Shown here: in pieces, positions 41,828 through 54,347 of the stretch
How positions within the stretch are numbered: position 1 is the first letter of the stretch
How the letters are laid out: each line of letters starts with the position of its first letter
NCBI RefSeq assembly: GCF_964355755.1
Contig: NC_092673.1
Coordinates: 14,790,948 to 14,854,947, forward strand
Direction: 5' to 3'
Length of the DNA stretch: 64,000 nucleotides
Source of the DNA: Antedon mediterranea
Taxonomy: Eukaryota; Animalia; Echinodermata
Position numbers and translations under genes: made by a program
The notes under the pieces: generated by a model
Told to the model about the DNA's origin: nothing
Seen by the model: only the letters and a program-made list of their open reading frames with translations
The model's database searches: none

Positions 41828-42462
41828 TTAAATCAGATCAGCACCACCTGTAACTCGTATCACTGTGAATTCCTTTTCTGATAATCGAGCAAATTAGAAT
41901 TTATATTAACATAATAGTATTTCTTAAAGCTACCCATTTTTCTATACTTGTTTCTTTATTGTTATATCTTTCACATTCAATGTTAAGCATATTGCTTTCC
42001 TTTTGAATGAATTCCATAAAGATTTACCCACTGGCTTATTTAAAGATGTATTGTCCCCCTGAACAATTTTTTTTTTTTTTAAAGGCCATTTTAATGATAC
42101 ATAAAAGTTATTCACTTTGAAAAAAAATTGGATCAAAAAAAAAATTATTTACCTTAGAAAATCGTAATTTAAAGTAAAAAATAGTCAACCGGAAGTCGGT
42201 TGGCTGGCAGCCAGCTGGCTTCCGGTTTAATTTAACCCTTGACCTGAATTAGCTTATGAGTTATGCATATTGTATGATTCTTGTGCGTGTATGTGACCTC
42301 TAGGTCATCAGAAAAAAAATACGACGTGATATGGCGAGACGACGATGTGGGAAAGTTCTGTAGTTTAACAACAACAAAAACAACTCCTACTTGAAGAAAA
42401 GACTATGGCTAGGCCCTAGCAGATTGGTAAGTAAGAACTGTAGTTTCTATGGTGCAGCTTTG

Positions 42463-45093
42463 GGATCAGGTGCCGTTTTCGGCCACCTCGACTTATATGG
42501 ACTATACCATTATTATGATAGGGGTGTGGTGTATTATGTTTTATGTAGAGAAGGGTGTCTATTAATGGGAAGACAATACAATTGTTCTGTTATGTAACCT
42601 ACAGTACAAACTACAAGGAACAATACAGAACATCAAAAACTAGCATTTTAAAAAGGCATGTTATTATTAGGTAGGCCTAGTGTTAGGGAATGCCAAGATT
42701 TTGTAACAATATTACTATATTACAATATTATTATATTATATTAAGATATTTTATATAAAACTAATTTTATAGACAAATTTAATGAAGAACCATCTACTAA
42801 CTGGATAAAGCCATTTAGGAAAAATAATAAACAAGTTGATCATAACGAGTGGTTTTCAAAGGCACAATGCAAAACGAAATTCCATGCAAAACACAACGTT
42901 AACGGAATATACTATGTATAAAGGAACCAAACTTTGAACAATATTTGTTAGATAAAACTAATTTTAAGAGTATCAATTTAAAATTTAAAGCAAGATCAAA
43001 CTCTCTAGATCTTGAGGGTCATAGAAAATCCTGGTCAAATCATGACACAGGATTATGTAAGATGTGTAGTACAAACGAAAAAGAAACAGTAAACCATTTT
43101 GTTATTTAAATGTCCTTCATTAAACTCTGTTAGACAATAATTAAGTATGTACCGGGATAATTTTAATTGTGGACCTCAGTTAAAACACCACTTTATGCTA
43201 GACAATTTATTCACTGAAAATGAAACATTAGGAAAAATGTTTGATTTTTATTGTAAAACATATTTAATGAAAGCATGGGTTACTAGATCTACAATGTTAT
43301 CCGCATTACCTCTCTCAACTAATTGATTAATATAGTAAACAAGCTACATACATCTCTATGAGGATGTATCTGTAAGTTTTATTTCTTAGGCCTATCCTGT
43401 ATTTTTGTTGTTCTGTTTTAATTTTTGTAGTTATATATATTGTACAATTTACGTATTATGTATTTTCATACAGATCTATAAATTAATTAATTAGTTTACA
43501 TTTTGTTTTGATGTTATGTATTAGTATTTAGAACTTTGTGGCTTATGTTATTTGTAATTTTGTCTGTAAATTGGATGCACCATTAACTGATAAATGTGTG
43601 ACACCGATATAAAGGTGATTCCTATGAATAAATAAATAAATAAAAACTATATAAGTAGGTATACTTACTTATTATATATAAAAACTAAACTAAACACTAC
43701 AGTATAATCAAAATTAAAGCATATTAAATACTAGGCCTATGTTATTCCTATCTAGATTTAAACACTTTAAATTTTTGTACAATCGGATTCGAAATTAGAA
43801 AATCTTAAATACTACAATACAATCGGAATTAAAACATCCTAAATACTACATTACAATCGGTTAAATTACCTAAACTCTATAATGTTGTGAAATATGTACG
43901 AATATTGGCAAATGCATTCTAATCGGCCCAATCCTATCGGTAGATAAATCATATTTTTTATTTTCTTGAACTAAACATAAATAAAACGAAAGAAATAAGG
44001 ATTGATTTTCGAAAACATAATTGGTCTGACAGTATACATTAATTAAAGTAAAGGAAGTAGAGATTGTTAACAATTATTGATAAGTATCTGGCAGTAGTGT
44101 TTGACTAAAGCTAAATGGGTGGACATGTTGATCGTAGTTAAGAGGTTAAATACAAGGCTGTACTGCTTGAGGAAACTCGGTTCTTTGGGGTAAAGCAGGA
44201 TATTTGTACTATAGAATGTTTATGTTTTACTAATCAGTGATGTTCTATTTGGGCATATTGTATATTGGGCTAGGAATATCAGTAAGGGAATGTAAGGGGG
44301 ATAAAGACCGAATTGAGAAGGTGCTGGGTAGAGCGTGGAAAGTAATTGGTTTGTCTAGTATGCAAATGCTTGACTCGTTCTACAGCGAACAGCTTGCCGA
44401 TGTATTCCATGCTATATTGGAAGACACCAATCATCCTCTTCATGGCGACATTATCAGCTCCGTTTTACATTCGCTATTATAACGTTTTGATGCAAACGTT
44501 GTTCAATTAAAACATGTATTTCTACACAGAAACGTTTAAAAACGTGTTTAAAACTTTTTAGAAAGACCAAACCTAAAAACATGCAATGTCAAACGCTGTG
44601 TTTTCTGGGAACAAAATGGTACAGATTCACTGACAAAATTATAATGTTTATTGTTTTACTGATTACCTAATAACATGGAGTAAAGAATTTTACTCCATGC
44701 TAATAATCAGTATGTGATAAATGTACTACTGTCATCTTTATTAAATGTACTACTGTGTTATCGTTAGGTAAATTATATTTTTTATTTGTAGGCCTAACTG
44801 GAATAAAAACTTTCTTTATATACTTTCTGTATCTATAAACCTGTAAAAATTATATAGAAATAAAGAGCCATAATATACTGCATTAACTTGAAAACTGAAA
44901 TTAATTCTACAGCATGCAGGGCGTAGTTGTTTTCCCTTTGTTGCTGAAACAACAAGAAAAACAAAAGAACAAAAGGAGCAGTATTTTAACACATGAACAC
45001 ACTCAATTAATAAATGGGACACCCCTATTTTCCCATCTTTTTATAATGGTATAGTCCATACAAGTCAAGGTGGCCGAAAACGGCACCTGATCC
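42463..45093. mobile_element. Merlin-like non-autonomous DNA transposon
   Basis: TIR of about 50 bp, GGATCAGGTGCCGTTTTCGGCCACC...GGACTATACCATTAT. 8-bp TSD CAGCTTTG (42455-62 and 45094-101). GG termini with an 8-bp TSD fit Merlin. Confidence 0.8.
44075..44482 (+). pseudogene. Degenerate non-LTR retrotransposon RT C-terminus (Rex1/Babar- or L2-like)
   Basis: Frameshifted KYL.VVFD, RLYCLRKL and ILEDTNHPLH motifs. Confidence 0.6.
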
Positions 45094-46269
45094 CAGCTTT
45101 GTTAGTTAGTATAGGAAGCCTAGCTAGCCCATTACAGCTGTACTGGCTATCTAGTGTACTATCCCCTATCTATTGGCTAGTCCTAGAGTAGTATCTAGTC
45201 TAGTAGTGGTAGTAGTACTAGGCCTAGTTGTAGGCCTGAGTGAGGGTTCACACTGAGTGAGTAGCAGGCCTAGCTAATACTAATAGATACAACTTGTAAG
45301 CCTTATTAATAGTTATTGCCAACCTAGCTTTAAATAGGATTAGGCCTATAACATTCATCTGTGAGCATGGAGTAAGGAATAAGGTTTTAGCATGAGGTAT
45401 AAAAATAAAATATTTTATACCTCCATGGTTTTATTGTGACTTGTGTGAATTTCGACACCACCAACTCGTCTTATTTTTAGTATAATACTATAATATTAAT
45501 AATAGTCTTTAGTTTATCATTATTCATATCACTTTTCATTCATTTTAAAACATTTAATTTTCTTTTCTATGTAGAGTTTGTGATTAAAAAAAATTATACA
45601 TAAGAGCAGCGAAACTCAAAAAGCGAAAACTTGTGAATGGCTGCCAAAAATAGAAAATAAGGTCACCACCAGGGCCAGGAGCGATTATGGTGCTTGGTTT
45701 TTCCTTCATGATTAATTAGATTTTAATGCTAATATAAATTTGTGAAAATTGTAACTAGGCCTATACTGTACATCCAATAATGTAATTATTTTAGAGAAAA
45801 TGACCAAATAATCTAAGTTGAATATTTTTTGGAATGTGTACTTTACAGTACTTAGTACCGTTATGTTGAAAATTCTTCCAAAACAATAACGTTCAAACCA
45901 ACGTTCACACAATTAAACTTTTTATGTACATATTTTAATAAATAATGTCTTTCTTTTAATAGGTATTAACACACTTGAATGAACAATATGAGCAAGTAGT
46001 GGAAAATGGTGAAGAAATCAACACAAAATGTGGTAGCAACATTCACAATATTTATTTGAACGTTTCTTACTATGACACTTTAAAATGGATGAACAATCAC
46101 AGAAGACAAGTGTCATATTATTTATGTTGTGATTCTCTGTGTTTAGAGAAGGATGCTTTAGACCAGGTCCGTCTTATATTATTAGCCAATCAAAATCGTA
46201 TAATTTTTGGAGGGAAAATGTTATCCTCCTCTGAAGCCTAAAATTTGCATATCCAGTATAAAAGTGGAA

Positions 46270-46529
46270 TGTAATAGATATTAGAGAAGAAGAGAGAATA
46301 AGATCAGAGTAGATAAATGGAAAGATGATAAAGAGAATATTAAGGCTTGACTGGTAGTGGTAGAAAGATGTATTAATCGAATTACAAGGAATAAAAGTTC
46401 TAGTTGAGTTAAATATACCTTTTGTATGAGTTATCATTCAGTGACAGCTGTGTACGTCGCGTGGAAATATATACGCCTGAGAAAGCTCGGAACCAACTAA
46501 AATAAATTCACTACATGGTGGCAGCGGTG
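46270..46529 (+). mobile_element. Truncated Gypsy-like LTR with primer-binding site
   Basis: ...AATAAATTCACTACA is followed immediately by TGGTGGCAGCGGTG (46516-29), a tRNA-Leu-type PBS. The TGT start at 46270 is tentative. No partner LTR or pol gene in the window. Confidence 0.55.
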
Positions 46530-46908
46530 AAAATTTTTGTTTACATGATTTAAGTATCAAGAAGAAGAAGAAGAAGAAGAAGAAGTGACAGTGCCTACTC
46601 TACGGGCCTGTTAAATCAGTAACCAAAAAGTTAAAATGGTTACGAAGATCTGGATTCCTGACAGTTTTTATACCGTGCGTTGTTTGGATATTACAACGAA
46701 GAAGAAGTACTGTTGAGCTCAAGGTACCTGCTCAAGACGAAATAGACAGAGGCAAAAAAAAAAAAAAATTTTAGAAAAACAACTATAACTGATTAAATAG
46801 TAAACATTTTACAGTATATTAATACAGAAATAGACTTGCAAGAAAAGAATAATATTTACAAAATTCACAGAAAAGGAGAAAAGAAAGGGGAAAAAAAACA
46901 ACACAAGA

Positions 46909-47135
46909 ATGAGCACAAACATATACATCGAAATGCCGGTCTTCCACATGGAAAGGGTTCTGAAAGTGCTACGGCTTAAAAAAAAAAGCAACACAGCGGC
47001 AACGACGGCGATGCGGATGAAAAAAACAAAAAAGACTTGTGCGAAGTGATCGACAAAATAGAGAGATTGATAGATTGCAAAGCAGAAAGTGAAAATACTT
47101 TATCTTCTAAATTTAAGAAAATGATGGTCATTTGA
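46909..47135 (+). pseudogene. Small hypothetical viral ORF frameshifted in an A-run
   Basis: MSTNIYIEMPVFHMERVLKVLRLKKK continues as QHSGNDGDADEKNKKDLCEVIDKIERLID...MMVI* if one A is removed from the run at 46978-87. AATAAA follows. Confidence 0.4.
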
Positions 47136-47228
47136 AATAAAAGGAAATTGAAATTTATATACATATATGTGTTTTTTATTTATTATTTTTTTTTTTTGTT
47201 GTTGTTATGTTTCACAAGAATCTTTCTT

Positions 47229-48419
47229 ATGGACTTGCTCAAAGAGAGACCTGTGTTGAAGTTGGGATTGCCTCAACCTGCCGTGCAGGTCAGGTGGTCA
47301 AAGATAATGACAGTCGACCCTAGACATTTCAAGTCGTACGACTACGACGACTAACACGACGACGGCGGCGGCGGTGACGAGGGCAACGATTACGGAAGGC
47401 GTTATCTGACCGGTCGTCTCTGGTTGACCAGAATCGAAGATTACACAGACTACACGACGCTTTCCCGAACTCTGCAGTCTCTGGACGATTGGAGCGTGTT
47501 TGTGAGAAGTGGCAACCCCTCTCCAACGTTCCAGTGGTACTTCGACGGAAGGCGTTACGGATCCGACAACCCTTACTTCGAGCTTCTGATGAGAATATTG
47601 AGGCATCTGTGTCTGTCGTACAACAGATCGCTACCGTTGTGTCCGAAGAACGTCGCTTGCGCAGTCGAAACCTGCCTCGACAATTTGGCCGAGACGGAAG
47701 GTGGCGTAGGCAGAAGCGGCGTGCATTTGGGCCCGCCTCCGATGTTCGTCGGGCACGACAGACGACAGATCGGATGGCTTAACGCAGACTTCTTCTCTGC
47801 CCTTTTAACCCTGGAAACCTCGCAATGACTGATGGTAGGTCTGGCCGATAGATCTTCCCGTCTCGTTTTCGAAGGATCGCAAACGACGGAAAGCATCCTG
47901 AATTTCGAGTTGGCGGAAGTGGAATTCTTCGAATTTGTCGAGGACGTCGTGGAAGACGCAACGAACCCGTTGAGAGACTGGTGGGCGTACGGAAAATATT
48001 TCAATTCCGTCTCGGCCAAATTCGTCCGTCCTCTGAGGTTACTCACCGAGGTCAAAGAAAGACACACCGCTTTCACGACGGACTCGGACGTGTTCCTGCC
48101 AAGCGTTTGGAAACGGTTGAGAGCGACCGGGACCACGTTGCCTTCTTGCATAACCGAATCGACCGTGTTGCACGAAACGGACAGGAAATGCAAGGAAAAG
48201 GTGATTTCGCTTTTTCTAGGAGAACACCTAGAGCCTGTCGAAGACGATCTCGCCGTAGACGAAAACAAGATAAGAAGGGAGAGGTTGAAACGATGCATGA
48301 ACGACGAGATCGACGAACGACCACCCAAATTTCTCGATTCGCCGTTTGTTTCAGGGAATCTACTGCTCGGCGTAAAAAATCTGGACGTGACCGTGATTTG
48401 CGGATGCGCAATACTTTGA
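47229..48419 (+). pseudogene. Hypothetical viral protein (~396 codons) with two in-frame premature stops
   Basis: Track ORFs 47148, 47424 and 47832 share one frame. The only interruptions after ATG 47229 are TAA 47352-54 and TGA 47826-28. Confidence 0.75.
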
Positions 48420-48599
48420 CAAATTGACAAACAAAAGAATACAAAAAAAAAACTGCTAAACAATATTTTTGGTTTTTTGTGTTTTTATTTCCTTTGACCA
48501 TTTCTTTTTTTTTTTTTTTTTTTTCTTCTTCTTCTTTCGAAAGTAGACTTAAAACTATTTTTTTATTTATTTATTTTTGGGGGGGGGGGGGGCATTATT

Positions 48600-50869
48600 T
48601 TACGCTTCATCTTTTGCTGTGTAGTTCCATGCCTTTCCGCAGAATCGGTGTGCGTCGCAACACAAAGCGTTCGTACATCTTACGATGAATAATCTCCTCT
48701 CCCCGTTTTCGAGATCTACGCTTCGAAAGACCGGTTCGTTTTTTCTAACCTGTCGCTCTTCTTCGGCGGTCGACACCTTCACCGTGGAACAGCAACTGCC
48801 ACTGAACAAATTCCACCCTCCGCAGAGCTGCAGCTCCTTCCGGGGCTGGTGCGTCGGAATCTTTTCCAAAGTATCTTTGATCTCCTTCAACCGATGCAAT
48901 ATGCTCGTTCGGCAGTCCCCTGCTTCCGCGTTCCAAACGATTACGCTCAAAACGTTGCTCTTGTCGAGTTGGCAAAATTTTTTCAGCTCTCGGATCAAGT
49001 GCTCGACTTCCACGGTCGGATGGATGCACAAATGCGACAGCGGATGATAGAAAACGCCTCCGTGTTTCAGGTGGTAAGGCGTCTGTCTGTAGCATCCGAG
49101 GGCGGCGCAACTCTTTTTGAATCTGTGAGAGTTCGTCTCGTTTTTGCCCTTTCGAACGACGTCCCGGACCTCGATCGCTTCGTCGTCCTTCAGTTCGTCG
49201 ACGACTCGACAAAATTCTTTTACGCAATGGTCGGCCGCCGTATTGCTGTCTCCGATCCTCAGGGCTATGTCGATCATGACCTGTTCCAGTCGAGACACGA
49301 ATCTTTCGACGCCGGGCCTCGTCATTCCTGTGGTGCTCACCCTCCCGTCGGCATGGAGACACGCATACCTTTTCTTCTTGTCCGTCAGCAGCAAGCCGCG
49401 AAGCGTCTCCCTGTGTTTGAACCTTTGAAAGCTTCCTTCACCCAAGACTCGGGCGAATTGCTCTTCCAGCTCCTGTCTCCCGCCTGGAACTATGTCCAAA
49501 AACAACGAGTCGGTGTCGCCGTACAGCACCCGAGCACCGTTTTCTTCGGCGCAATTTTTTAGCGCGTTCAGTTGTTCCTTGCACTTTTCCGTCACGTGGT
49601 TGTAAAGGCTTTTCTTGCCAGACGTGCACAGACATCCGACGCATGCGTTGGCCGCTTGTTTGTACGCGGCGGAGTTCTGGGGAGTGATGTTTTTTCCTTC
49701 TCTGGCCGACACCAGTCTTTTCATGACGGACGGAAGCAGACCTTCTCGTACTTCGGCGTCGACGAAAGAGCCGTCTTCGAGAGCCGTCGACTCGTCCACG
49801 TTTTTGTCGATGATGAACCTCGGATAGCAAGACTGAAAGTCGTACACGTCGACGTCTCTGTGAATGCCGGACACGGTGTCCAGCACCAGGCCGCCTCTGC
49901 ACGTTTCGTCTTCGTTGACGCTTCCTTTGGGCTTCGGGTCCGCATTGCTCCTCGGAAACACCACACGCTGACGCTGCGCTTCTCTGCACAGCACCGACGA
50001 AAGGACGCCGGTCGACGATCCGTTGGGGAACTTTCCCACTATTCTGGACAAGTTCGTCTCGATTTCGACCAATTTTTTCGCTTCCACCTCTGACACGTAG
50101 CGTTCCAGCACGCAAACGTCGTCGTCTAGCTTCTTCGCCGACAAGCTCGCCGCTAGCTCGTGACAAGATTCGTAACCGACGTAATCGTAGACGGAGTCGT
50201 TGTCGCCGCCCGCCGGCGACCGTACGTGTTTCAAAGTGTCTAAGCACACGGGGAACCCGTCAACGGCAAGGGGTACCTCGCACACCCGACATCTGGCGAC
50301 GATGCTGTCCTTGACCCGACCACCGTGATACACGAACACGTCGGCAGATTCGATCGACTTTGCGATTTCCGACAGCGTGTCGATCTCCGAATTTTTGCCA
50401 TGCAGTCTCTTTCCGTCGGACAGCATCGCCGAAATTATTCGACCGTTCACGTCCCACCTGAGAACTACGCACAACACCGACAGTCGCACCGGGTGAACGT
50501 TCTGTCGTTCCAAGTGGATCTGCTCGTCGTACGTCAAGCTTTCGACGTTGCCGTCTTCGTCTTCGGAGTAACTGTGCCAAGCGCATCCGTGAACCCCGAC
50601 CGCGCACTGAGCGTCCAGGTCGCCCACGGACAAGGGGAGGTTGCCGAAGAGGTTGTCGACCTTGATGCCGTTCCTTTCGTCGGTCGTGAGCCTCCTGTAC
50701 TTCTTGGCGCAAGAAATTGGATCGTCGCCTCTGCGCATGATGCATTCTCCGTCCGTTTCGTCTTCGACGTACGACGTGAATTTCACTTTCCTCGTCTTCA
50801 ACGACAGCCGTAGAGGTACAACTTTCCGTTTATCTTGGAATACTTGACACGTGTCAGATACACGAACAT
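48600..50869 (-). CDS. polB: Family B DNA polymerase (RNA/DNA-primed type), probably frameshifted near the 5' end
   Basis: Region II RGGLVLD...YDFQSCYPRFII..N, region III AYKQAANACVGCL, region I YGDTDSLF, then KKKRYA. The long frame has no upstream ATG. An ATG at 50869 in another frame gives MFVYLTRVKYSKINGKLYLYGC, a plausible true N-terminus. Confidence 0.93.
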
Positions 50870-51609
50870 TGCGACTTTTGATCGGACAAAATTCTGAAGT
50901 CTGGAACTTCGACAGACTGTCTTTTCTTTTTGTATTTCTTTTTCTCCAAAGTCGATGCGAGTTCGTGTTGACCGGTTGCTTTTAGAGACTCGACGAAAGC
51001 TTTGTAACCGGACTCGTCTTGATGCTTCCGAACGTTGTTGAGGAAAAAGTAAACGTTTCTCTGTCTGTCACCGTCGAGGAGGAAATTTGCGTATTCGGGT
51101 TCGTAAATTCTTCGGACGACCATTTGTCTGACGGTGGCCTCCAGATTTATCGTTTCAGCGAACCGGTCGATGCGTTTCAGAAGAACGTTCCTCTCTCGCA
51201 ATCGTTTCTTGTATGTTTGATCGATTTCGTAGTGCGAAAGACGGACCATCGCCGACTTGAAAGAAGAAAAAGGATGATCTTTCTCGAACGGCGTGTTGAA
51301 AGTTGTTTTCGCTCCTTTTCTCAAAGCGGCAACAAGATCGTGGTGGCCGGCGCATTTAAGAGAATCCACGAAAGCTCCGTGAGCGTGTAATTTCGGATAC
51401 CTTCGAATGTCGTCGATGAGATAATACGCCATCCGATTCTCTTTAACCCCTTTCTCTCTGTCCATACGCAGTACAAAGTTCTCGAATTCCTGCGAGTATA
51501 TTTCTCTGACGACCAATGCTTCGAGTACCGCCGACAGGTTCATGGACGTGGCGAGGAGTTTGCGATGTTTCGTCAGCAACGGTTCGCCTTCGAAGTAACT
51601 TTCTTCCAT
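50854..51609 (-). CDS. Tandem CARD-CARD (death-fold) protein
   Basis: Two ~85-aa repeats with the CARD pattern: LLTKHRKLLATSMNLSAVLEALV...AFVDSLKCAGHHDLVAAL and LLKRIDRFAETINLEATVRQMV...AFVESLKATGQHELASTL. Basic tail KKKYKKKR. Confidence 0.8.
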   Translation of the reverse strand: MEESYFEGEPLLTKHRKLLATSMNLSAVLEALVVREIYSQEFENFVLRMDREKGVKENRMAYYLIDDIRRYPKLHAHGAFVDSLKCAGHHDLVAALRKGAKTTFNTPFEKDHPFSSFKSAMVRLSHYEIDQTYKKRLRERNVLLKRIDRFAETINLEATVRQMVVRRIYEPEYANFLLDGDRQRNVYFFLNNVRKHQDESGYKAFVESLKATGQHELASTLEKKKYKKKRQSVEVPDFRILSDQKSQCSCI

Positions 51610-51799
51610 TCCTTCAGCACAGAGGAGACAAGGTTATGTCGATGTTTGAAAGCCACGAATGAAAATAAAGAAAATTATATATTATATACCAAAACATGAT
51701 AAAAAAAAAAAAAAAAAAAAAAATGTATAATATGCGAGGAAAGCATGAACAACGCTGGACCTTCCTCAAGTTGGTTACGTTCTCTCAACCCCACGGCAT

Positions 51800-51806
51800 T
51801 ATATAG
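51800..51806 (+). promoter_or_regulatory. Candidate TATA box of F-box gene copy 1
   Basis: TATATAG lies within an upstream block conserved with copy 2 (CTCAACCCC..GGCA(T)TATATAGT.GGATTT; copy 2 at 54274-80). Confidence 0.5.
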
Positions 51807-51861
51807 TAGGATTTAAATCTGTAGAATGTATAGAGTCTAGCCGAATAACAAGCATCCAAGA

Positions 51862-53229
51862 ATGGCAGGAGGACTACAAAAAAAACGAGCGAAACGTTGC
51901 AGAAAAATGAACGAAGCGACGAAGATCGATCGTTGCCGTTTGTTTGAACTGCCAACCGAATTGCTGCTGCACATTTTCTCGTTCTTGGACAACACGTCGA
52001 AGTTACAGTTCGCCGATTCGAGTCCCTTCCTGGAGAAACTGTCGGGCGACTTGGAAATCGCCGCCACCGAGGCGACCGTCGAATTGTGCACACGTGAACG
52101 TGGCGGTGCGGCGGACGAGTTTTCTATCTACCGACCCGGAAACGTGAAGATGTGCATTCACCGAAAGTTCAAACCGTTTCTCGAACTGCCTCAGATCTCG
52201 CTGCAGTTTCACTTGGCCAACCTTGTGCTGAAGAACGTGCATTTTAGAAAGGGGACATTGCGTCGCATCTTGGAAGGGATTGTTGTTAACTTAGAGTATT
52301 TGGAATTGGACTCGTGCACCGGCGACGTTTTCCACCCTTCCCCCGAACAACTCGTCCCGGAAGACGGCATACGATATTCGTCGATACATTTGAAAAACAT
52401 GAACGTGCACTTGGACGACGTCCGCGAAACCCTGCTTCCGGATGAGCGTGTCACCCAATACACCTTCTACGTGGTACTGACCGACTGCAAAGTGACGGAG
52501 AAAGATCACGAACAGAACGGTGTGCTGTTTATTACGTACGATGGACGCAGCCACCCGTCCGATGTCGGTCGTTACTTCAACCTTACCGCGGTCTCGTCCG
52601 TGTGGAAAGAAACCGAGCGGTTGAAGGTTCGCCCCTACAAAGCGGGAGGAAGAGACACGGTGTGCATGCACCGTGTCAACTTGATCAGTTTTCAGGCGGC
52701 CGTAGACCATTTCGCCGAATCCTCGAACGAAACCTCCCTAGAACTTTCGTTCGACAGCTGCCTTGAGGAACGATTCGGCATGCTCGTGGGTATGCGGTTG
52801 GTGTGCTGGGAATCTTTGACGACGTTGTTTCTGATAGATTCGGTGGCGGAGGAAGACTTTCTTGGCGTTGTCATGTCGCACCACACGAACATAAACTCGA
52901 TAACGTTAAAAAGTTGCTGCGGCGATCCTTTCGGCGAGGTGGACACGCATCCCAACACGGCACTGAGGCAATTGAACCTGATCGATATGGTCGTCGACGA
53001 GGCCGGCATGGTCAAATTCATGACACCGATCGTCGACGTCGTCAGGTTAAATTTAGAAATGTGCGTGTTCGACGAACGTCTTTTCGCAAAACTATTGCAC
53101 GAAACATCCGGCTATGGTTGGTTCGACTGCGAGTACGTCCGCGAGCCAGGCATGTTGGAACCCGTTGAGATGTTTCTTGAAACGGTCAAAGAAACCGATT
53201 TATTATGCAAAAAAATTAAAATAAAATGA
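51862..53229 (+). CDS. F-box/LRR-like protein, copy 1 (455 aa)
   Basis: F-box LFELPTELLLHIFSFLD. LRR-like units LEYLELDSC, LTTLFLIDS, INSITLKSC and LRQLNLIDM. Basic N-terminus KKRAKR. Confidence 0.85.
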   Translation: MAGGLQKKRAKRCRKMNEATKIDRCRLFELPTELLLHIFSFLDNTSKLQFADSSPFLEKLSGDLEIAATEATVELCTRERGGAADEFSIYRPGNVKMCIHRKFKPFLELPQISLQFHLANLVLKNVHFRKGTLRRILEGIVVNLEYLELDSCTGDVFHPSPEQLVPEDGIRYSSIHLKNMNVHLDDVRETLLPDERVTQYTFYVVLTDCKVTEKDHEQNGVLFITYDGRSHPSDVGRYFNLTAVSSVWKETERLKVRPYKAGGRDTVCMHRVNLISFQAAVDHFAESSNETSLELSFDSCLEERFGMLVGMRLVCWESLTTLFLIDSVAEEDFLGVVMSHHTNINSITLKSCCGDPFGEVDTHPNTALRQLNLIDMVVDEAGMVKFMTPIVDVVRLNLEMCVFDERLFAKLLHETSGYGWFDCEYVREPGMLEPVEMFLETVKETDLLCKKIKIK

Positions 53230-53393
53230 AAAACATATGTTTATAATGAATATTATTACGAGAAATGTAATCGGACCAAAAAAAAAAAAAAAATATAAAA
53301 TAAAAACAAAATATTCTGTAATCATTGATATTTATTCAAGAAAACAATTAATAAAAGAAAAAAGAAAAACCAAATGCATTCTATAAATTTTTG

Positions 53394-54176
53394 TCAATCA
53401 TGATGACTTTGAAATATTACAAATGTCTTCGTTTCATCGTCTTTGTCAGCTTCTTCACTCTTCTTTAGAAGGAACCTTTCGGAAATTCGAATGTCGTCCT
53501 GAATGTTAGATGGTGTGAACGTAGAATATTCTTGTACGAGCTCCGTTGTCATGTCGGGATGTAATTTCTTCATGACAAATCTATATTCCTTTTGCATAGC
53601 CATCTGCGTGCCTGCTATAAACGACTTTGGAAGGGGAGAGAATCCCTGTGGAACATAAAAGTTCTCTACGACATCCGACAGAGTTTTCGGTAGGATAGTG
53701 TGTTTTCTGGTCATCGCACGTTCCATACCATCCGGTACGTTACGATAGAACGTTGTCAAGACTTCCCTTTTTTCTGTCTTTGTGAAATCGTAAAACTTTA
53801 CCACTACGCCTTTGACGTATTGCAACCGGATTCCTTGCAGATACTCGTCCAATTCATCGATGAAATACGTAGGCCTACGTCGACCAGTGTATGTGAATTC
53901 TATATACGCTCCCTGGAGTAGATATGCGATCATCATTTTCAATATCGGTTTTCCCAACAAATTCGGGTGTGCTATCGTTGGATGACTGTCCATACTTTTC
54001 AAATTCTCCGGAACGTGCCATTGATGGTCATAATAAATTTCGTGCGTGGTATGGTCTGCTGTGCCAACGTCTCGATGCACATCGTAGCCTTCGATCCACA
54101 AAATTCGTTTAAACCTCTCTTCAAAGTATTCTGTTCTTTGAATTTTCTGTTTTTCCTTTTCTGTTCTTTGCAGCAT
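53394..54176 (-). CDS. Hypothetical protein (260 aa) between the F-box paralogs
   Basis: Intact intronless ATG-initiated ORF bounded by A/T-rich spacers. AATAAA downstream on the minus strand (TTTATT near 53331). No motif recognised. Confidence 0.7.
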   Translation of the reverse strand: MLQRTEKEKQKIQRTEYFEERFKRILWIEGYDVHRDVGTADHTTHEIYYDHQWHVPENLKSMDSHPTIAHPNLLGKPILKMMIAYLLQGAYIEFTYTGRRRPTYFIDELDEYLQGIRLQYVKGVVVKFYDFTKTEKREVLTTFYRNVPDGMERAMTRKHTILPKTLSDVVENFYVPQGFSPLPKSFIAGTQMAMQKEYRFVMKKLHPDMTTELVQEYSTFTPSNIQDDIRISERFLLKKSEEADKDDETKTFVIFQSHHD

Positions 54177-54347
54177 TATTTCCAGTTTTGTTCTCTTTTT
54201 ATAACCAACCTATTTTCCACAATAATAGCCCCCTCCGATGTGTGCATGTATGTGTTTTTCCTCAACCCCGGCATATATAGTGGGATTTTCAGGTTCTGAC
54301 ACATCTATAGAATGGATAGAGTCTGGCCGAATAACAAGCGCATGAGA

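Noticed and set aside
45963-46241. Possible exon or viral gene just left of the LTR
   Set aside because: AT-rich with no recognisable motif and not CpG-rich like the viral genes. It cannot be assigned.
50800-50981. CARD-polymerase fusion by frameshifting
   Set aside because: The polB frame is open into the CARD gene's 3' end, but a separate ATG at 50869 gives a more polymerase-like N-terminus. A fusion cannot be supported.
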